Positions 1 to 10,360 of a DNA stretch of 64,000 bases are shown piece by piece. Source of the stretch: Eutreptiella sp. 'Long Island Sound 2002'. Taxonomy: Eukaryota > Protista > Euglenida. The stretch spans positions 60,698,001-60,762,000 of the forward strand of contig OZ038378.1 in assembly GCA_964036045.1 (NCBI GenBank), in the 5' to 3' direction. The notes under the pieces are model-generated. The model ran no database searches, was not told the origin of the DNA, and saw only the letters and a list, made by a program, of their open reading frames with translations. The translations under genes and the position numbers were made by a program. Each line of letters starts with the position of its first letter. Within the stretch, counting starts at the first letter, position 1.

Positions 1-1385
1 GAGGCCCACGTCCTATGGGACTGCCCGGAGTGGGGCGACGCCTAAGTGACGTTGCCCCCCCCGGCTGAACGACGCGGCGGGGGCCATCCCTACCCTGGGC
101 CCACCGGACCGGTGGCCCTCCTGCCTGCGGAAAGCGGGCCTTTTCCCCCTCCGGCTGGCGCACGGGGTGGACCGGGACCTCCTTGACGATTTCCTCTACC
201 ACCTGTATGGCATGTACTTGTTGATCCTTGCGGCCCGAATGGCGGCCGGCGCGGGGAATGAGCCGGGCCACTGCGACTCCCTCTTCCTGGAGCAGCCGCG
301 TCCGTGGCCCCGCAACCCCTACCCCTGGGATGCCTTCGTTGGCCCTATACCGGGGGACGCCGTCTGCCACCGGCCGCGGCTGCAGCCGGGGGCGCCGGCG
401 GACTAGAGGTACCCCCAGGACTTCATCCACGACCTGGGCAGGTGGGCTCGGGCGCTAGCCGGGGCTTCGCGGCCCGCGGGGGTCTCTTGGGCAGAGCTGG
501 CCCTGGACTTTGAGGCCTTTTTGGGGCGGGCGCTCCCGGCCCTTCCAGACCACCGTGTGCGGGGCACACGCCTGCCACTAGGGGAACGAGCCCAAGTCCT
601 GCGCAAGGCATTGGGGCTTGCGGAGCGCCACCTGGCGGCGGGCGCACTGCTGGGCGGGGCTCCACTGGGGCGCTGCCGCTCGCTCCTCCCCCTCGGTTGG
701 TGTGTGCGCGGGGCTCTCGGCACGGCTGTACTTCGCGGCGCGCCACGAGGTCATGTGGCAGCTAATGCACCTGGCGGCGCACTGCCGCGACTCGTGGGCC
801 CGGTGACTGTGGACGCCGGCGCGCATGCGGCCACAGCACAGCGACCGCTTGCTCATGGATTATTTCCCCCGCCCCCTCGAGGGGGGCCCCCCTGTGCTCC
901 CGTATGCCCGGCGGCCCCCGCGGGCTCCGGCCCGCAGCGTCCCTCTCGTGGCGCCACAGCGCAGTGCCCCCCAGGTGCGGGCAGCGGCAGGCAGGGCGCG
1001 CTCTGCTTGGCGCATGGGGCGCCGTCGTGTGCCCGGTGCCGGAGCCTGGGGTGTGGTATCAGCCGCTGCTGCCGAGCTGGCCACGAGGGCCACGCGGCTC
1101 CTCCGGGGGCTCAGGCTGCCCCGTGGCCCCGCTCCAGGTCGCGCCGGGCCGCCAGGTGCTTGTCCCCGAGGCCCGACGCGCGGGCGCGGCGGCGTTGTCC
1201 TCCTTGCTAGGGCGGGCCCAGCCGGCATCCCAAGCCCTCCCGGACTCGGCCCCCCGGCGGCACGCCGGTGCGCGGCCCCGCCCAGAGTGCTGGGCACGCG
1301 CCCTTCCCCTGCCCTAGGCCCGGACACCTCCCGGCCCGTGAAGCGCGGGGCGCCAAACCGGGCTAACCGGCGGGTACCGGGGCGA
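1..1385 (+). mobile_element. Non-LTR retrotransposon copy A, 3' fragment (end of CCHC finger plus C-terminal extension), truncated into the satellite
   Basis: Bases 1-45 read EAHVLWDCPEWGDA (end of CCHC). The rest is collinear with 19070-20430 (DRDLLDDFLYHLYGMYL; SWAELALD; CLAHGAPSCARC). It joins the satellite at CGAA microhomology near 1383-1386; the ~750 bp of 3' sequence present in copy D is missing. Confidence 0.9.
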
Positions 1386-3013
1386 ACTTATTTTTTTGAT
1401 ACCATGGTCACCTAAAAGGACCATCCAAGGTGTGTAAAGCATGTTTTAAGCCGTATTTACGTGTTTTTCACGGGACTTGGGCATTAGGTCGGGGGCGGGG
1501 GTCTCCGAAGGGATTGGTACACAACGTGCTTGTGCAATTTTTCACCCTGTAGAGCTCAAAAATGGAAGTTTTTGAAACTTGTGTTTTTGATATTTTGCAC
1601 CACTCAAACTGACCATCCAAGGTATATAAAGCATGTTTTAGGCCGTATTTGGGTATGAAGTCCGGGGCGGGGGGTCTCCCAAGGGATTGGTACACAACCC
1701 GCTTATGCAGTTTTTCACCCTTGGCAGCTCAAAAATTGAAGTTTTCGAAACTTATTTGTATGATATTGTGACCACACAATATGACCATCCAAGGTATGTA
1801 AAGCATGTTTTAGGCCGTATTTACATGTTTTTTACCCTATTTGGGTATTAAACCTTGCGGGGGGGGGGGCTCCCAGGGGCTTGGTACACATTCTGCTTAT
1901 GCAGTTTTTCACCCTGTAGAGCTAAAAAATGGAAGTTTTCGAAACTTGTGTTTTTGATGTTGTGCCCACTCCAAATGACCCTCCAAGCTATATATAGCAT
2001 GTTTTAGGCCGTATTTACGTTTTTTTCACCCGATTTGGGTATCAGGTCCGGTGGGGGGGGGGGGGTGGGGGGGGGTCTCCCAAGGGATTGGTACACAACT
2101 TGTTGTGCAGCTTTTCACCCTAGGCAGCTCAAAAAACGAAGCTTTCAAAACTTATTTGTATGATATTGTGACCACACAATATGACCATCCAAGGTATGTA
2201 AAGCATGTTTTCTGCTGGATTTACATGATTTTGACCCTCTTTGGGTATGAGGCCTTGAGGGGGGGGGGGGGGCTCCCACGGGATTGGTACACAACGTGCT
2301 TACGTAGCTTTTCACCGTGGGCAGCTCAACAGTCCAATTTTCGGAAACTTACTTTTTTGATAGCGTGATCACGTAAAATGACCAGCAAGGTATGTAAAGC
2401 ATGTTTTAGGCTGTATTTACGTGTTTTTCACCCTATTTGGGTATTGGCAGCACCGGGGGGGGGGGGGCTCCGAGGCATTGGTACACAACATGCTTATGCA
2501 TTTTTTCACCCTTGGCAGCTCAAAAAATTGAACTTTTCGAAACTTGTGTTTTTGATATTGTGACCACTCAAAATGACCATCCAAGGTATATAAAGCATGT
2601 TTTAGGCCGTATTTACCTGTTTTTCACCCTATTTGGGTATTAGTTCCGAGATGGGGGGGGGGCTTCCAACGGACTGTTACACAACCTGCTTTGGCAGTTT
2701 TTCACCCCGTACAGCTCAAAAATTGAAGTTTCCGAAACTTATTTGTATGATATTGTGACCACACAATATGACCATCCAAACTATGTACAACATGTTGTAG
2801 TCCGTATGTACGTGTTTTTCACCCTATTTGACTATTACGTCCAGGGGGGGGGGTCTCCCAAGGGATTGGTACACAACCTGCTTATGCAGCTTTTCACCGT
2901 GGGCAGCCCAAAAGTCGAAGTTTTGGAAACTTACTTTTTTGACATGGTGATCACCTAAAATGACCATCCAAGCTATGTAAAGCATGTTTTAGGCCGCATT
3001 TACGTGTTTTTCA
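1386..3013. repeat. ~190-bp tandem satellite (family S190), about 8.5 monomers
   Basis: GACCATCCAAGG-type anchor recurs every ~170-205 bp (near 1420, 1611, 1782, 1977, 2182, 2371, 2576, 2771, 2962). Length variation lies mostly in the poly-G tract before CTCCCAAGGGATTGGTACACAAC. Confidence 0.97.
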
Positions 3014-4394
3014 GACGCGCCCCCACCAGCTGCAGGGCCGTCCCGTGTTGCGCCACATACTGCGTAGCGTGGTCCCCGAATGTGCGGTTGCAGGCCAGCT
3101 GGGCCGAGACGCCGTACGCCACTTTGGCGTGCAAGGTGTCCGCCCCCCAGCCCAAGCCAACCAGGACGTGGCACCAGTGGGTTGAGTGCTAGAGGGTCTC
3201 GGCGAGGGCGTCCGCCTCGGTGCGGGGTGCCCCCTTGGGGGGGAGAATTTGTTTGGCCGGGATGCCCTGGCGCACCATGACACCTACCCCCCCTGCTGGC
3301 GCATCCTAGACGCCCCCCCCCGGGATTCCAAGGGCGCCCCCAAAAAAGCTTGCGAGGCCGAGGCCCCGTCCTGTGCGCGCATCACCCGCGGCGCCACTGC
3401 CGTGAGGCGGGTCTCCAAGGTCAGCACCACGTGTGCTCGCCAGTCAGCGACCGTGTGCCAATGCACACACAGGGACGTGATGTTCGCAAGCGCGACGCGC
3501 ATGGGGCCCGGGTGGGGCTCGATGTCCCCGAACCATAACACGAGGAGGGGGGGGAAGGCCCTGCACTAGGGGGGGGGGGGGGCGTCCCGCCCCGGGAGCC
3601 CCGGTCCGTGGCAGGGGAGAGAGGTAATCTCCACCACCCACATGAGATTGTCCGTCGCTGGTCACAGGGTGCAGGGAGGGAGGTTAGAGGGGCAGCCAAT
3701 CATGCCTTCAGGTTATCTGTCGACCCAAGTCCTGCATCGCCATGGTCACGCAATTGGACCCGGTCCCCATCCAAGGGTGGGCGCGCTGGGCGGCGGAGCG
3801 GGCGGCGCCGGGGGGAGCGGCGTTCCGCCACGGGCGCGCGGCCGGGCAAGCGGCGGCGCACGTTCGGGGCCGCCCCGTTCCCAGTCGCGCGCGAGGCGGA
3901 GGGTCTCGCGGAAGACCTCGTACGTGTAGTCGTGGACCGGCCCCGGCCCAGCGCGGCTGATGGCATCGGGCCACAGCGCCGTGGCGTGGACTTCCCCCGG
4001 CTCCGGTAGGACGGCCAACCACACATCGGTGACCACACGGAGGAGGGCGTGGACGTTGTAGGCCACCTCCCTCCACGTCGCCTCAGGCCCAGGGTAGGGG
4101 GGCGGCTGGCGGGAGGGGTCATCGTCCCAGACCCGGCCCCACCATTCCAGGCCCACGGCGTGGTCCCTGCCGGCGGCCGTCGTCCCCTGGAAGAGGGTGA
4201 GGCGGCGGCGCGGGCGGAGGAACCAACAGGGAGGGGGGTCGTCCCGTTGCTCAACACCGCCGAGCAGGGTCTGCCGCCACAGCGGCTCGCCTGTCTCCCC
4301 CGCCACACGGGGGCAAGGAACTTGCGCCACGTGTACAGGAGGGGGCCGCCGCGGGCATCCGGCCGGGGGGCGCGCGTGAAGAGGAGCCTTGGGG
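3014..4394 (-). mobile_element. Internal antisense fragment of the same retroelement (Trp-rich domain, 2A-like motif, APE N-terminus)
   Basis: ORF 3746-4447(-) matches the Trp-rich domain at 8600-9240. ORF 3284-3541(-) reads WFGDIEPHPGPMRVALANITSL...LETRL (APE motifs I and II). Flanked by S190 on both sides. Confidence 0.92.
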
Positions 4395-4563
4395 GGGGGG
4401 GGGGCTCCCAGGGGATTGGTACACAACCTGCTTCTGCGGCTTTTCACACTGGGCAGCCCAAAAATTCAACTTTTCGAAACTTGTTTTTTCGATATTGTGA
4501 CCAGACGATATGACCATCCAAACGATGTACAACATTTTTCAGGCCGTATTTCCGTGTTTTCCA
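4395..4563. repeat. S190 partial monomer (left target flank of copy B)
   Basis: Poly-G, CTCCCAGGGGATTGGTACACAAC, ...AGGCCGTATTTCCGTGTTTTCCA, ending at the element 5' junction. Confidence 0.95.
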
Positions 4564-4615
4564 GGCCTCTTATTGTGAACCTGCACGTGGTGAGGCTTCC
4601 TAGCTGATCCGCAAT
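4564..4615 (+). ncRNA. Putative minimal HDV-like self-cleaving ribozyme at the element 5' end
   Basis: P1 GGCCTC(4564-69)/GAGGCT(4592-97) with G1.U; P2 ATTGTG(4572-77)/CGCAAT(4610-15); P3 ACC/GGT; 7-nt L3 TGCACGT with U and G at the HDV U20/G25 positions; J4/2 C4604-T-G-A (CNRA); P4 reduced to CTAG. P1.1 is mismatched here but intact in copy C. Confidence 0.72.
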
Positions 4616-4680
4616 CTTGTTGTTTTCTCTTTTGGCGCACCCGCGTCTTCCCCTTCTCTTGCCGTCGCGCCCTGCGCACA

Positions 4681-7081
4681 ATGGTCGACCAAGTTGGGGT
4701 GGCCACCCAGCTGGCCGCCCTCCTACAGCGCCCCGCACTCCTTACGGCCCTTGGTGCGGCACCCTTCCTCGCGGGCGTACCGCCCGCGGCCACCGACATG
4801 GGGGCGGCGACGCGCAGCCGCAACCGCTCCCGCTACAAGGGGCGTAAGGGAGGCAACCGCCCTGCCCAGCCGCCCCCCGCCCCCCCGACGGCGGAGCAAG
4901 CTATGATCGCCTCGCTCCAACGACAAATCCCGTCCCTTGAGGGCGCAATCAACACCCTCCGCCGTGAGCTGATGGAGTCACGAGGCGAACCGGCCCCCGC
5001 GGCCTCCGCGCGGACCGGCACAGCCACCGCGCCCCAGGCCGCGCCCGCAGCCACGACGACAACGAACCAGAAAGCCGCATCGACGACCCCCCGCGCGGCA
5101 GCGACGAACGGCAAGACGGCGGCCACACCGCCCAAGACGTCCACCGGCTGGCAGCTCGTGGGCTCCGGGCACAGCCGGCGCTCCAAGGGTGCCCACGAGA
5201 AACCAGGGGCAGCGCCCCAGACCCGCCCCCATTTGCTTGCTTGTGGACGAACACCGGCTCGGGCTAGCGGCGCCTGGAGCACCACGATGGGTGCCTCTGC
5301 CGGTCAGTGCACCTGCCTGCCCACCCCTTCGCCTCCCCGCAGCCCTACCGGGCGCGGGAGGACATCAAGGTTGCCCGGGGCAATATCGTGCTCTGAGGCA
5401 TTGGCGGCGTCGCGGAGGCGTCCGCCCCCCCGCCCCCCCAGCAGGCCGGCCCGGGTCGCACGACCTACGCCTCGGCGACGCGGTCCACGGCACGGGGCCC
5501 CCGGCCGGGCGCCGTGCAGGTGGTGGCGGCCGCCGCGCGCCCCTCGGCGGGGCTTTCCCCGATGGAGCCCACGCCGGCGGCCCTATGGGCCCTGCTGCCC
5601 TGGACCACGGCGGTGCAGCCCCTCCGCCTCCTCCAGGGCGAATCCCGGGAGAAGCTCCGGGAATGGGGCATCACCCAGATCACGCTAGGGCGGCATCCCG
5701 GCGGAGTGGAAGCAGCCCTCCCAGGAGGGGGCCGTGCATTGCGTGGCGCTGGTGGGCTGCACGGTCCACGAGGCCCACCTCGCGGCTGCGGCCGCCGTCG
5801 CGGCCCACGACGCCGTCCATCAGGTCACCGCCGTGGTGCACGTCCAGGGCGGCAGCAGGGCGGCCCCCACGGTGGCGACCCTGCCGCAGACCCTCCGCCG
5901 GACGAGGGCCAACCCTGGCGGTGCCGGGCACGGTTGTGCAGGGCGTAGTGCGCACTGAGTGCCAGCCCTGGGAGACGGCGAACCCCGCGGTGGTGGACCC
6001 CGCGCCGCCGGGGCACATCATGCAGCTCCTCTGGGAGCGCCTTCCGGAGGATGACGACCGGGTGTTGGCGGAGCTCCCGGACGAGGACCCGGCGCCACTG
6101 GACCCTGTGCCAGCCACCGTTCGGGCCATTTGCGTCCTGGACCCGGCGATTGTGGCGGATGCCGACTTGCTTCGGCTCCACGTGGGAACCTTTGGAAGGG
6201 ACCACGCCTGGCAGCACCTCAAGCCGCTCATGGGGGCAGCACTGCCCCATCCCCCGCCCATGCAGACCGCGGTCCGGGGTTCGATGGTTGAGGTCTCCAC
6301 CGACCTCCCGTCGTCTGTGGCCCCGCTGGTGATGCGCGCCAGCGGCAAGGCCCGGGGGATGCACTTCCGGCCCTAGATCGTCACGGGCGCTGCCTGCCAG
6401 CACCCCGCGTGCGTGCTGTGGTTCAAGCAGCCACCGGAGCGCCGCGGGCCCTCCCCGGCGGTTTGGAAGACACTCGCCGAGGACCAGGAGCTCCGCTCCA
6501 TGTTCGCGGGGCTGGTGGACGGGGGCGCCCCCGGCAACGTGGGGGTCCGGATGTGGGGTGCCAAACCGGCGGACCCCAAGGTGGTGGCGCACATCGCCAA
6601 CCTACTGGGAGCCCCGGCCCCGGCGCAGACCACATCCGTACAAGTCCGGGGCTACCCCGCGCAACTGGGGCTGGCGCTGGACGAGTATGCGCAGCTCCGG
6701 CGCTACGCCCAAGAGGCATTTGGGCCGGTGGTGCCCAATTGCGTGCACCGCTGCACCTAGCTGGCCCACAGCACCCTCCACCGCCCGGTCGTCGACCTGG
6801 AGCTGGAGGGGGTGCCTGAGGATTGGCAGGGAGTGCAGCTGGGTGCGCCCGACACCCGCCTCCCGGACCCGACATGGGAGCGGACCACCCGCAGCTCCTG
6901 CCAGGGGCGCTACAAGCCAGTGGGACCCAGGGCCCGGATGACACGCCCGAAAGGATCCGACGAGGTGCATCAGCAGCCTGAGGGCGCCCAAGACGTGCCG
7001 GACCACACGGGGGACCCGGCCATGGCCTATGCGGAGCCGGCCGCAATCGACGTCGATGAGGAGGACGAGGACATTCTTTAA
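4681..7081 (+). pseudogene. ORF1 (gag-like; N-terminal coiled coil, late RRM-like segment), frameshifted, ~800 codons
   Basis: Starts MVDQVGVATQLAALLQ, with heptad AEQAMIASLQRQIPSLEGAINTLRREL. Segments at 5514, 5734, 5825-6376, 6413-6760 and 6812-7081 are collinear with copy C. TSVQVRGYP...AFGPV resembles an RRM. Ends DVDEEDEDIL*. Confidence 0.8.
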
Positions 7082-9552
7082 TGTTCTTAGTCCTCCTCTT
7101 CCTGACCCTCTGCCTGCACGCGGTGGAGTGCCCTGGGTGGCTGCTCAGTACGGGGGCGATGACCCACGGGGGTTGGATCGTGCGACCCCAACCCCGGCTC
7201 CTTGCGAGACGCACCCGTTGCTAGCAGCGGTGGCAACAGCGGCGGTACTAGCCCCGGCACCCCCCCCCTTGGGGAGGCACCAGGGACCGGACCCCCGACC
7301 CGGCTGGAGGCTGTCTATACGCCTAGAGCCCACGAGGGCGCCCCGGCGCGAGGCGATGGCCCTGGGTCCTCTTTGGGGGAGGGGTGCAGGCCGGACAGTG
7401 GAGAGGGTCTCCACACGACAGTGGGGGGTTGGCAGTACAGCAAGGGGCACAGCCGCTTGCCGCGCTACGGCTCCCCCTTTCACCGGGTGCGGCCGGCGTG
7501 GCAGCCGGCGGACTCCCCCACCCCCCGCCCCCCCCACCGGGGAGAGCAGGAGTCCGGGGGGCAGCCCGGGGGCGAGCAAGCCAGTCAAGGAACCGACAGC
7601 CAAAGGGGGCGCGCCAGCCCCCAACACCGAGGGGCCCCTGCCCCGACCTGTTGACCCCGGAGCCCACTGCGGCCATGCAGCGAGCAGAGGCCCCCTGCCC
7701 GCAAGGGGCGGCCCGCTCGCCGCAAATGACCAGAGCCAGCGGACTCGCCGGGGCGGGGGGGGGGGGGGGGGCAGTGAACCAGATCGCCTCGGTGTCCTGT
7801 TGGGCACGTCCGGTGCGGGTGGTGGTGGAAACGGCGGCGGTACCAGCCCCGGCAGCCCCCCTCCTGGAGTGGCCCCAGTGTCCAGACCCCCGACCTCGCT
7901 GGAGGGTGTCTATATGCCCACAGCCCACGAGGGCGCCCCAGGGCGAGGTGATGGCACTGAGTCCCCCCCGGGGGCGGGGGCCGGCCCGGGCAGTGGCGCG
8001 GGGCCCCACCCTACAGTGGGGGGGTTGGCGGTACAATAGGAGCGCGGCCGCCGCGGCACTGCGGTTCCCCTTGGCGCCGGGCTTGGCCGGGGCGGCGACC
8101 GGGGGTCCCACCCCCCCCGCCCACCCCTCCCCTTCCCCCCCCCCCCCCCCTCGAGGGACAGCGGGTGCCAAAGGACCCGGCGGGCGACAAGCGCTGCCTG
8201 CCCAGGGAGCAAGGGGGGCGGGGAACGCAACCCAGCCTCCCCCCCAGCCACACCCTCCCCCCCAACCACACCCTCGGCCCCCAGCGGCCGGGCCTGGTCC
8301 CCTTTTGACCTGCAGCTCAACTGTTTTGCACATGGCTCGTGGAACACCCCTCGCGGAACACCATCGGCGGAACTAGGGCCTCGCCCTGGTTCGCCGGTGG
8401 TACCGCCAGGCCGCCGAGGTGTTGCCGCTCCGCCCACAGCGATGGGGCTTGGCCCACACGGACTGCGCCCTGGCCCCCCTTGTCGGCCTGCTCCCTAGGC
8501 TGGTGCGGCTCCAGGACCTCCTGGCGGGGGGCCTGGAACGGATGGTCGCACTGCGGTCACCGGCCGGAGGACAAGGCGGTCCGGATCACCGCCGTCCGTC
8601 TCCCAAGAGGCCCTGAGTTCGAGACCAAGAGGGCCACTGTGGGCCACGCCCTGCAGTGGAGGTACCCTTAGGTCCTCTTCGCGCGCGCCCCCTGGCCGAA
8701 TCCCCGCGGCGGCCGCCTCCCGTACACGTGGCGCAAGTTCCTTGCCCCCATGTGGAGGGAGGAGACGGGCAAGCCGCTGTGGCGGCGGACCCGGCCCCGC
8801 CGCGTGGAGCAATGGGACGACCCCCCCCCCCTGCTGGTTCCACCGCCCGCGCCGCCGCCTCACCTTCTTCGAGGGGACGACGGCCGCCGGCAGGGACCAG
8901 GCCGTGGGGGTGGACTTGTGGGGCCGGGTTTGGGACAACGACCCCGCCCGCCAGCCGCCCCCCTACCGTGGGCCTGAGGCGACGTGGAGGGAGGTGGCCT
9001 ACGCCGTCCACGCACTCCTCCCCGTGGTCAGCGATGTGTGGTGGCCCGTCCTGCCGTAGCCGAGGTCCACGCCACGGCGCTGTGGCCCGATGCCCTCAGC
9101 CGCGCTGGGCCAGGGCCGGGTCAGGTCCACATGTACAAGGTCTTCCGGGGGTCCCTCCGCCTCACGGGCGAATGGGAGCGAGGCGGTCGCGAGCGTGCGC
9201 CGCCGCCTGCCCTTCCGCGCGCCCGCGGCGGCACGCTGCTCCCCTAGGCGCCACCCCCTCCGCCGCCCAGCGCGCCCGCCCTTGGGTGGGGACCGGGCGC
9301 GACTGCCCGACCTTGGCGCTTCAGGACTTTGGCCGACAGTTAACCCGCAGGCATGCGTGGCTGCCCCACTTAGCTCCCTCCGTGCACCCTGTGACCAGCG
9401 ATGGGCAAACCTGTGCGAGGGCAGGGGACTGGCTCCCTCCCCCCCCATCGGCTCGGGCTCCCGGGGAGGGACCCCCCCCCCCCCCTAGTGCCGGGCCTTC
9501 CCGCTCCCTTCTCTTGTTAAGGTGCCGGGACATCGAGCCCCACCCGGGCCCC
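7081..9552 (+). pseudogene. ORF2 leader: hydrophobic N-terminus, duplicated Gly/Pro-rich region, Trp-rich domain, 2A-like peptide
   Basis: ATG 7081-7083 overlaps the ORF1 TAA. Reads MFLVLLFLTLCLHAVECP; low-complexity region 7200-8330; Trp-rich domain ~8380-9240; SRSLLLLRCRDIEPHPGP ends at 9552. Frame continuity is broken at homopolymer runs and cannot be proven. Confidence 0.6.
9499..9552 (+). other. 2A-like (StopGo) peptide variant, LLLLxCGDIEPHPGP consensus
   Basis: In frame directly before the APE Met at 9553. Second copy at 3503-3550(-) reads LLVLWFGDIEPHPGP. Matches D(V/I)ExNPGP except N to H. Confidence 0.7.
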
Positions 9553-10360
9553 ATGCGCGTTGCTCTGGTGAACATCACATCCCTGCGCCTGCAGTGGCAC
9601 ACGGTCGCTGAATGGTGAGCGGACGTGGTGCTGATCACGCAAACCCGCCTAACGGCAGTGGGGCAGCGGGTGATGCGCGCACAAGCCGGGGCCTCGGGCT
9701 GGTCAGCCTTTTAGGGGGCGCCCGTGGAGTCCCAGGGGGGGGGGGGGCATGTGGCATGCGCCAGCAGGGGGGGTAGGGCATCCCAGCCAAACAAGTCCTC
9801 CCCCCCAAGGGGGCACCCTGCTCCGAGTCGGACGCCCTCGCCCTGACCCTCTGGCATTCCGACCGCTGGTGCCACGTCCTGGTTGGCCTGGGCCGGGGGG
9901 CGGATACTTTGCATGCCAGGGTGGCGTACGGCGTTTCGGCCCAGCCAGCCCTCAACCGTACTTTCTAGGACCACGCCACACAGTACGTGGTGCGACACGG
10001 GACGACCCCGCAACTGGTGGGGGGGGACTTGAACTTTGACCTGAACCACCCAGTTCGGGTGCCGCCGTCTGTCCTGGCGTCCCTCCTTACTCGCCGGCTG
10101 GCGGATGCGGACCTGGAGCTGGCGACCGCCTTGGGGAAGGACATCCTCTGCTCGTACCACGGCCCGGAGGGAACACGATCCTCGCGCATTGACGGCCTGT
10201 TGGTAGACACGCGCCTGGCGGCGCTTCTCCATGCGGCGGAACGGCTGCCGCGAGGGGCAATCCCGGGGCACACCCCGGTACGTTTCGACATCCACCTGCG
10301 GGGGGCCTCGCAACGGGTGGTCAAGTTTGTTCGCCCCGAGCCGCTGGTGCCGGCCTAGCG
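9553..10360 (+). pseudogene. Apurinic-like (APE) endonuclease domain of ORF2
   Basis: NITSL, I(T/E)TRL, GGVGI, VYG, GGDLN, SRIDGLL and PGHTPV motifs occur in the APE order; stops and frameshifts present. Confidence 0.9.
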
